Assembly: GCA_014894375.1 (NCBI GenBank)
Contig: JADBLP010000056.1
Location: forward strand, 1 to 49,381
Direction of reading: 5' to 3'
Source of the DNA: Actinomycetota bacterium
GTDB lineage: Bacteria > Actinomycetota > Humimicrobiia > Humimicrobiales > Humimicrobiaceae
DNA length: 49,381 nucleotides
How positions within the stretch are numbered: position 1 is the stretch's first letter; the number at the start of each line of letters is the position of its first letter. The position numbers and the translations under genes were made by a program. Below the pieces are notes generated by a model. It had not been told where the DNA came from. It ran no database searches and was given only the letters and a program-made list of their open reading frames with translations. This document shows, piece after piece, positions 39,342 to 46,844 of the stretch.

Positions 39342-39850
39342 ATGTCATAAGCTACAAACAGAGGCAAATCTTCTACTACTATCTCATGTACTGCTTCTGC
39401 CCCCAAATCACTGTATGCGATGATTTTAGTATCTTTTACTTTTGTAGAAAGATAGGCGGAAATGCCTCCTACTGATACAAGATAGACAGACTTATATTTT
39501 TTTAGAAGTTCCTTTATCTTATCGCTTCTCCTGCCTTTTCCTATCATTGCTTTAAGTCCTGCCTTAAGCAGTGGTTCGGTTAAATTATCCATTCTGGCGC
39601 TGGTGGTGGGACCAATACTTCCGCTCTTTTTGCCTGGAGGGGTCGGTGAGGGACCCACATAAAATACAGTCTTATTTTTTAAATCAAAGGGCAATTTTTT
39701 ATGGTACCTGAGAGCTTCAACAATTCTATTGTGAGCTGCATCTCTGGCTCCGAGTATAATACCACTTAAGTAAACGGTATCTCCGGCTTTTAATTTTCTG
39801 ATCTTTTCTTCTGTCAGCGGTGTAGATAATCTGTAAGTATTGCCACTCAT
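39299..39850 (-). CDS. Fe-S type hydro-lyase beta subunit (class I fumarate hydratase / tartrate dehydratase family)
   Basis: 183-aa ORF with L.TPL.EE.I..LKAGD.VYLSG.I.GARDAAH.R, GPTTS.RMD and KAMIGKG motifs of the beta (C-terminal) domain. Convergent with alpha and overlaps it by 43 nt. Confidence 0.88.
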   Translation of the reverse strand: MSGNTYRLSTPLTEEKIRKLKAGDTVYLSGIILGARDAAHNRIVEALRYHKKLPFDLKNKTVFYVGPSPTPPGKKSGSIGPTTSARMDNLTEPLLKAGLKAMIGKGRRSDKIKELLKKYKSVYLVSVGGISAYLSTKVKDTKIIAYSDLGAEAVHEIVVEDLPLFVAYDIYGGDIFESALLVE

Positions 39851-39880
39851 TTTTTAACGGTCTTCCTAATCCTTCCAGTT

Positions 39881-40732
39881 TTACTCATCATCAGTATTAA
39901 AATATCTGTCTCTTTTAAAATAATTGTCATAGGAATACAGCGGTTTTCTGGCAGGAGGTGGTTTTTTATTTCTCCTTGAGCTAAAGACTAACATAAAAAT
40001 TATAAAAATTATAAATAAGCCAATAATACCTAAAATTACAATTAAAAAATAGGTCAGCAGTTTTGTTTTTCTACCTTCTATATATATTTTTTTCTCATCA
40101 CCATATTTTATATTCCATATGGCAATGTTATTATCCCCAATTATATCTGCATTGTGGCTGGTTATTTTTACCGGAAATTTTACCTGATAGGTTATATTTA
40201 AAATATTACTGTCTGCTTTAGCCAGATTATTAATCCGGTTGTAGTCAGAATTTATATCTGAAGAGGCAAGGAGTGTCTCATCTATTTTCATATCTATATA
40301 ATCTTCAAAGAAATATTCACTATGAAAGAAATAATCAACTTTTTCCAGTTTGGCATAGAATCTTTCTGGAGGAGTTTCAGAGAAATTATCTATGGAAATA
40401 TACTGGAGAAAGTTTATGTCTTCAAAACTAATAGTGGAACTGAAGTGGGTATAGTCTCCTTCTTCAAAAGTCTTATATTCTCCTTCAGAGAGATTACTTT
40501 TAAGTATTTCATGTATTTTATCAGAAATGGATTGATCCTGACCCAAAACCACCTCACTCTTCTGAAGGTACTCTGTTTTAACTGCTATATCAAAAGTCCT
40601 GGTGCCGGAACAGTCAGAATTTATCAGGGTAAAGATATCAATTAGTGTCTGGTCGCAGGAAGAAATGAATGGGATTATAAATAAGAATAAAATTAAAATT
40701 ATTAAAATTTTTAAGTAGTTTGATTTTACCAT
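39881..40732 (-). CDS. hypothetical protein with lipoprotein signal and C-terminal TM anchor
   Basis: Start taken at ATG 40732 (MVKSNYLKILIILILFLFIIPFISSC lipobox-like), not the track's 40870. C-terminal TM (LLTYFLIVILGIIGLFIIFIIFMLVF) and a basic/Pro tail. Lies 30 nt upstream of the beta-subunit gene. Confidence 0.6.
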   Translation of the reverse strand: MVKSNYLKILIILILFLFIIPFISSCDQTLIDIFTLINSDCSGTRTFDIAVKTEYLQKSEVVLGQDQSISDKIHEILKSNLSEGEYKTFEEGDYTHFSSTISFEDINFLQYISIDNFSETPPERFYAKLEKVDYFFHSEYFFEDYIDMKIDETLLASSDINSDYNRINNLAKADSNILNITYQVKFPVKITSHNADIIGDNNIAIWNIKYGDEKKIYIEGRKTKLLTYFLIVILGIIGLFIIFIIFMLVFSSRRNKKPPPARKPLYSYDNYFKRDRYFNTDDE

Positions 40733-41042
40733 GGTCTCTTTATCACATTTATAGATAATTCTAACATATTGAATATTAATATTGTAGAAAAAGTTCGTGA
40801 TTTGCGATAACCAATTAAATAAAAGAGAAGTATGAAAAGAATGATTTTTTAAACTAGTATTATAAGCCAATAAATAAAAATGAAACTAAAATGGGTTTGT
40901 TGACGTATATAATTAATGTGTTAGCATATTGAGTTAATAATGGAAAATGGTTTTTGTTTAACAGGGTATTAATGGTTTTTAATTTTTAAGCTTCTTAAAT
41001 TATAATACCAGGGATAATCTAGAAGGGATCAGTGGATTAATA

Positions 41043-44000
41043 GTGGGTTTATATATAGGTTATGATATAGGGTCAATTAGTGTCAACAGGGCGATCATAA
41101 ATGAAAAAAAAGAAATAGTGGAAATCCTGCCATATACAAGACACTTTGGAGAAACTGTAAAATCAGTGAAAAAAGATATTGAATCAATATGTAAAAGCAA
41201 TTACAGAGATAAAATAACTGGTATAGGAATTACTGGCTCGGGAGGAAAGGAAATTGCCTCACTTCTTGGTCTTGATTTTATTAATGAAATAGAAGCCATA
41301 ATCAGTGCTATAAAATTTTTATACCGGAATGCAAAAACTGTTATAGAAATTGGCGGCCAGGATTCCAAATTTATCGATCTTGCCTATGGTGATTATGCAA
41401 TGAATGAGCTATGTGCGGCAGGCACGGGCTCTTTTCTTGACCAGCAGGCTTCAAGGTTTGGCCTGACAATAGAAGAATTTACCAGGTTAGCATTAAAGTC
41501 AAAAAATCCATCAACCATTGCCGGCAGATGCAGCGTGTTTGCAAAAACAGATATGATACATCTCCAGCAGGAAGCAGCAAGCGATGAGAATATTATTCTT
41601 GGTTTATGTTACGCAATGGCAAGAAGTTTTAAATCGGGGATTGTAAAGGGTAAAAAATTTGTACCCCCCATAATTTTCTGTGGTGGGGTATCTTTTAACG
41701 AAGCCATGATCAAGGCCTTTGAAGATACGTTGGGGGAAAAAGTATTAATCCCAGAGCACAGGGCATCCATAGGGGCTATTGGGGCTGCATTAAGTTTAAG
41801 CTCAAAGGTAATGGTAGAGGATTTAAATATTTCCGGATTAGCAGATAAATTAGATGAATATCTTAGAAATTTTAAATATAAGAGAGAAACATTTGCTCCT
41901 CTGGCTCTGGCTAAATCCAAAATGCCTTCTAAAAAAACTCTTAAATATAGTTTTGGCAATAAGAAAGTTGACGCCTATATTGGTATAGATGTCGGTTCAA
42001 TAAGCACTAACGTTGTGGCTATAGATGAAAACAAAAAACTTATTGAAAAATGTTACCTGCGGACAGCAGGAAGGCCAATAGAGGCGGTAAGAAAGGGAAT
42101 TGAGATTATTGGCAGTAAAGTCGGAGATAGAATCAATGTTAAAGGTGTGGGTACCACAGGTTCCGGAAGGTATCTAATAGGGGATTTTGTAGGTGCGGAT
42201 ATGGTAATAAATGAAATAACCGCCCAGGCCACGGCGGCGGCTGATATTGACAGCCTGGTTGATACTATCTTTGAAATTGGCGGTCAGGATTCAAAATTTA
42301 TATCACTGGAAAATGGTGTGGTGGTTGATTTTGAGATGAATAAAGTTTGTGCTGCCGGTACCGGTTCATTTCTGGAAGAACAGGCTGAAAGGTTTGATAT
42401 AAAAATTGAGGATTTCGGGGATATAGCATTGAAAGCAGAGAGTCCGTTAAATCTGGGAGAGCGCTGCACAGTTTTTATGGAAACCAATGTTTATTCCCAT
42501 TATCAGAAAGGCGCCAGAATTGAAGATATCCTGGCCGGTCTTGCTTATTCTATTACCATGAATTATATAAACCGGGTGGTTGGAAGAAAGAAGATAGGTA
42601 AAAAGATTTTCTTCCAGGGTGCAGTTGCATTCAACAGGGCAGTTATAGCTGCTTTTGAAAATTATCTGGGCAAAGAAGTAATTGTACCGGAAAACCATGA
42701 AGTAACCGGGGCAATAGGGACAGCAATTATAGTGCTTAAAAATTCTCCCAAAAAGACAAAATTCAGAGGATTTGAAAATATATCTAAAATAAGCTACTCT
42801 CATAGCTCTTTTGAATGCAAGGGTTGCCCGAACAGGTGTGAGATAAAAAAGATTTCCATTAAAGGGCAGCCTTCATTATTTTATGGCGGCAGATGTGAAA
42901 AGTATGAAAAGGGAGACTCAAAAAGTACCGATATTCCGGATTATTTTGCTGAACGTGAAAACTTTCTTTTGAATTCCTACGAACCTAAAGACAATAAAGG
43001 AGCAAAAAAAGTTGGTATGCCCTATGCTATGCTTACCCATGAATTCTATCCTTTCTGGAATGCATTCTTTTCAGAGTTGGGTTTTGATTTTATCCTGTCG
43101 GATAAGACCAATAAAAAGATAATTAACGATGGGCTCCAGTGCTCTGTAGCTGAAATCTGTTTCCCAATGAAGACCACTCTCGGACATGTGCAGAATCTTT
43201 TGGAGAAGGAAGTTGATTACTTATTCTTGCCCGCTACCAGGGATATGCCTACCAAAGAAAAAAATATTAAAGGGGACAGGACTGGAAGTTATCCCTGTCC
43301 TTTTATTCAGGGGACCTGGTCAATTGTGAAATCTGCCATAGATACAGGAGAAGTTAAGATACTTGCTCCTATTCTTAATTTCAGTTTTGGAGAATATATA
43401 AAAGAAAAACAGTTGACCAGATTGGGTAAAGAGCTTGGAAAGGATAGAAGGTCAATAAGAAAAGCCATAAAGGAAGCTTATCTTGCCCAGGATAAATTTC
43501 ACTCATCTGTTAAAAAAAGAGGGGAAGAGGTGCTTGGCAGCCTGAAAGATGACGAGATTGCAATTGTTGTAACCAGCAGGTCGTATAACAGTTGTGACAG
43601 GGCAATCAGTATGGATGTTCCAAGAAAACTAAGGGAACTTGGCTTTAAAGTAATTCCCCTTGATTACCTGCCTGTGGACTCTATTGACATTTCAAAAGAA
43701 TGGCCAAACCTGTACTGGGAATTCGGGGATAGAATTATGAGCGCGGCTAAGATAATTAATAAAGATAGAAGACTTTACCCCGTTTATATTACTAATTTTG
43801 GCTGTGGTCCTGATTCTTTCATACTCCAGTATTTTGAGAGGGAGATGGACAGACCATTTTTAAAACTGGAGGTAGACGAGCATTCTGCAGGAGCTGGGGT
43901 CATAACCAGATGCGAAGCATTTATAGATTCCCTGATGAATGTAAAAAATATGAAAGATTTTCCACCGGCCCAAACAAAAACTAGAGGGAAGGATGCTGTT

Positions 44001-45326
44001 TTTAAGAAAAGCCAGGGAAGGGTAATATATATTCCCTATATGGGTGACGGCGCTGTTGTTCTGAAATCTGCTTTCCGGTCTGAAGGAATTAATGCAGAAA
44101 TGCTGTATTCGGATGACGAGACACTTAAGCTGGGAAGAAGATATACACTGGGAAAGGAATGTTATCCCTTTATTATAACCACCGGAGATATTATAAAGAC
44201 ACTGGAACATAACGATCCCAAAAAAGTAGCTTTCCTCATGCCCCAGACATATGGGCCCTGCAGGTTTGGGCAGTATAATAAAATGCAAAAAATAATAATT
44301 AAGGAGTTGGGGTACGAAGATGTGCCCATTATTTCGCCTGGTGCTCCTGAAGGCAACCAGTTTTACAGGGAGTATGATATGCAGGGGTTAAGGGGATTCA
44401 TACTGCTTATGAAAGCAATGTGTGGTATTTTTACTGTGGATTACCTGAATAAAATGCTCCGGCAAACAAGGCCTTATGAGATAGAAAAAGGAAAAACAAA
44501 TAAAGTTTATGAAAAATATATAGAAGATGTATGCCAGTCTGTAGAAAATGATCCTATGTCAAAAACGCTGGACAGGATGGTCAGTATTTTAAGAGATGCC
44601 AGAAGAGATTTTGAGAATATACCAATTAAAAAAACAGATAAACCACTGGTAGGCATAGTGGGTGAAATATTTGTCAGGAATCATCCTTATAGCAATAATG
44701 ATATTATAAAGAGAGTTGAAGCACAGGGCGGAGAGGTGGTGATCCCTTCATTTGGAGAGTGGCCGTATCATACTACTGCTACCAGAAAAATAGATATTAT
44801 AACCAAACAGACTGATATTTATTATAAGATTATAAAATCATTTAGTATTAATGGTAACAAAAGCGGAAATAGAATTGGTTACCGGGAACTGGCTGAGCTT
44901 ACCGGTGATTTTGTAAGAGGAACAGGTTTTTATATCTCAAATAGGATTATTAATAAATTACTGGAAAATTGCCACTACAAACTGGAAAAACCGCTAAAGG
45001 GTTTCTTGAGAGAAGATAAAGAAGCCGGCATTTATGATATCTGGGACAATGCCGAACCTTACATAATCAAGTGGTTCGGAGAGGCAGCTCTGAGTATTGG
45101 AAAGTCGGTATACTGGATTAAAAATGGTGCCGACGGGATTATAAATGTACTTCCCTTTACCTGTATTCCCGGGAATATTGTTAATGCAATCTCAAATAGA
45201 ATTAGAGAAGAGTATAAGATACCCTGGCTGAATCTTGCCTTTGATGGACTGGAACAGGAAACAACTGAAACCCGTCTGGAAGCCTTTATGTATCAGGCAA
45301 AGCAATATATGAAGAACAAGAAATAG
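41043..45326 (+). CDS. fused 2x BcrAD/BadFG/HgdC-type activase ATPase + 2-hydroxyacyl-CoA dehydratase-like (DUF2229-type) protein
   Basis: 1427-aa ORF, GTG start. Two ASKHA repeats (DIGSIS...EIGGQDSKFI...CAAGTGSF...C[ST]VF...GG/GA.(S/A)FN...IGA/TGAIG), then CKGCPNRC...C (C592/595/599/618), then Cys-containing motifs NFGCGPDSF, GKECYPF, YGPCRFGQ, PFTCIPGN. Confidence 0.85.
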   Translation: MGLYIGYDIGSISVNRAIINEKKEIVEILPYTRHFGETVKSVKKDIESICKSNYRDKITGIGITGSGGKEIASLLGLDFINEIEAIISAIKFLYRNAKTVIEIGGQDSKFIDLAYGDYAMNELCAAGTGSFLDQQASRFGLTIEEFTRLALKSKNPSTIAGRCSVFAKTDMIHLQQEAASDENIILGLCYAMARSFKSGIVKGKKFVPPIIFCGGVSFNEAMIKAFEDTLGEKVLIPEHRASIGAIGAALSLSSKVMVEDLNISGLADKLDEYLRNFKYKRETFAPLALAKSKMPSKKTLKYSFGNKKVDAYIGIDVGSISTNVVAIDENKKLIEKCYLRTAGRPIEAVRKGIEIIGSKVGDRINVKGVGTTGSGRYLIGDFVGADMVINEITAQATAAADIDSLVDTIFEIGGQDSKFISLENGVVVDFEMNKVCAAGTGSFLEEQAERFDIKIEDFGDIALKAESPLNLGERCTVFMETNVYSHYQKGARIEDILAGLAYSITMNYINRVVGRKKIGKKIFFQGAVAFNRAVIAAFENYLGKEVIVPENHEVTGAIGTAIIVLKNSPKKTKFRGFENISKISYSHSSFECKGCPNRCEIKKISIKGQPSLFYGGRCEKYEKGDSKSTDIPDYFAERENFLLNSYEPKDNKGAKKVGMPYAMLTHEFYPFWNAFFSELGFDFILSDKTNKKIINDGLQCSVAEICFPMKTTLGHVQNLLEKEVDYLFLPATRDMPTKEKNIKGDRTGSYPCPFIQGTWSIVKSAIDTGEVKILAPILNFSFGEYIKEKQLTRLGKELGKDRRSIRKAIKEAYLAQDKFHSSVKKRGEEVLGSLKDDEIAIVVTSRSYNSCDRAISMDVPRKLRELGFKVIPLDYLPVDSIDISKEWPNLYWEFGDRIMSAAKIINKDRRLYPVYITNFGCGPDSFILQYFEREMDRPFLKLEVDEHSAGAGVITRCEAFIDSLMNVKNMKDFPPAQTKTRGKDAVFKKSQGRVIYIPYMGDGAVVLKSAFRSEGINAEMLYSDDETLKLGRRYTLGKECYPFIITTGDIIKTLEHNDPKKVAFLMPQTYGPCRFGQYNKMQKIIIKELGYEDVPIISPGAPEGNQFYREYDMQGLRGFILLMKAMCGIFTVDYLNKMLRQTRPYEIEKGKTNKVYEKYIEDVCQSVENDPMSKTLDRMVSILRDARRDFENIPIKKTDKPLVGIVGEIFVRNHPYSNNDIIKRVEAQGGEVVIPSFGEWPYHTTATRKIDIITKQTDIYYKIIKSFSINGNKSGNRIGYRELAELTGDFVRGTGFYISNRIINKLLENCHYKLEKPLKGFLREDKEAGIYDIWDNAEPYIIKWFGEAALSIGKSVYWIKNGADGIINVLPFTCIPGNIVNAISNRIREEYKIPWLNLAFDGLEQETTETRLEAFMYQAKQYMKNKK

Positions 45327-45517
45327 CAAAACTAAAGATTCCTGTTTTATACTTACAGGATGTGCAAGTTCTTATAAATTTAAATATATTCATAAAAATA
45401 CTCCTTTCAATTAGAATAATTAAATCTATAGCTAATTATACATAAATTGAATAATCATTAAAACTGCTTAAATCCAATATCTTTTACTTTTTCAAAAAAA
45501 ACTAATAAAATAAAGCA

Positions 45518-46396
45518 ATGAAAAATTTATTAATACTAAACCCTTCATCTTTTAAAGGTAAAGCGCTTGAAGCTAAAGAAAAGGTAGAATCAGCATTCAA
45601 TAAATATAATCTGGATTACGAAATACATATAAGCAAAAGCGCTGATGACATAATTGAAGCCATACGCCTGAATTTAAACTCAGAGATCACAAACTTTATA
45701 TCTGTTGGCGGCGATGGGACTTTACACTACATGGCTAATGCTCTTGCTGAAACCAGAAAGAATCTGGGATGCATCCCTTTTGGTTCCGGAAATGATATTG
45801 CTGCAAGCCTGAGTATACTGCCTGATTTAGACAGCTGCTGCAAGGCTATAAAAAAGGGTGCAGTAAAAAGAATTGACCTAGGATTGATAAACAGCAAATA
45901 TTATTATCTGGGGGTTGCGGGAGCAGGTTTTGATTCCATAGTAACAGACCTTGCAAATAATACAAAATTCCCTATTAAAGGACCTGCTAAATATACTTAT
46001 GCAGTTTATAGAACTTTGATAACTTACAGGTCAAAAAAATTTTTTATAAAATTTGATGGCAATGAAAGAGAATTAGATGCAATGTTTATGGTAGTAGGAA
46101 ATTTGCCTAGATATGGAGGCGGCATGCAAATTGCACCCAATGCTGATCCTGAAGATGGAATACTTGATGTATGTATAATAAAAAGAATGAGTAAAATTCA
46201 TTTGATAAAAGCATTTCCAAGCGTTTTCAAAGGTGAGCATTTAAGCGACCCATATGTTGAATATTTCAGAGTTAATGATTTCCAAATAGACAGCGAATAT
46301 AATTTTAGTGTATTTGCTGATGGGGAATATATTTGCAAGCTGCCGGCAAAATTCAAAGTAGTTCCAAAAGCCTTAAACTTTATTGTTCAGCAGTAA
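45518..46396 (+). CDS. diacylglycerol/lipid kinase family protein (YegS/DagK-like)
   Basis: 292-aa ORF with ILNP.S..GKA..., VGGDGTLH, PFGSGNDIA and GVAGAGFDS motifs of the DAGK catalytic-domain family. Confidence 0.85.
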   Translation: MKNLLILNPSSFKGKALEAKEKVESAFNKYNLDYEIHISKSADDIIEAIRLNLNSEITNFISVGGDGTLHYMANALAETRKNLGCIPFGSGNDIAASLSILPDLDSCCKAIKKGAVKRIDLGLINSKYYYLGVAGAGFDSIVTDLANNTKFPIKGPAKYTYAVYRTLITYRSKKFFIKFDGNERELDAMFMVVGNLPRYGGGMQIAPNADPEDGILDVCIIKRMSKIHLIKAFPSVFKGEHLSDPYVEYFRVNDFQIDSEYNFSVFADGEYICKLPAKFKVVPKALNFIVQQ

Positions 46397-46731
46397 ATAA
46401 GAAGATACTACAAAGCTCTTGTTGATTTTCTTATAATTATTTTTGGTTCAATAACTACTTTTATATTTTCTTTCTTTTTTGTTTTTCCCGTTTAGTAAGT
46501 TTCATTTTAATCCTGCCTTATTTTGTAATTTTATAAAAAATTATAAGTAATTTATACATAAGGCAAAAAAAATTAATATCTTCTACTGTTTCATTTGATA
46601 GAAATTATTGTAGGAGCTGATACCTTTTTACCATAAATAGATAAAAGCCTACCCCCTATATAACTGTAATTATATAATCTTAGGGGAATCTTAGGATAAG
46701 GAATGTGTCCCAATCCTGGTCCCTAAAAGAA

Positions 46732-46760
46732 TTGACAATGTACTAGTAGAATTATATATT
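46732..46760 (+). promoter_or_regulatory. candidate sigma-70-type promoter (TTGACA-17 nt-TATATT) for the GH2 gene
   Basis: Perfect TTGACA at 46732-46737, 17-nt spacer, TATATT at 46755-46760, about 85 nt upstream of ATG 46845. Confidence 0.5.
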
Positions 46761-46844
46761 TGTTTTTACGTGAAAATAAATATTGCAGATGAACTTAAAT
46801 TATCTCACCATAAAAAGTAATTTTAACTATCTGGAAAGAGAGCA

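Noticed and set aside
40733-41042. Tiny ORFs (6-7 aa) and weak promoter-like hexamers between the membrane-protein gene and the activase fusion.
   Set aside because: The peptides are too short, have no SD and cannot be tested for conservation here. The promoter matches (e.g. TTTAAT-17-TATAAT) are no better than the AT-rich background.
46470-46520. 14-aa minus-strand ORF MKLTKREKQKRKKI with an AGGA upstream.
   Set aside because: It is too short and low-complexity to support without conservation or expression data.
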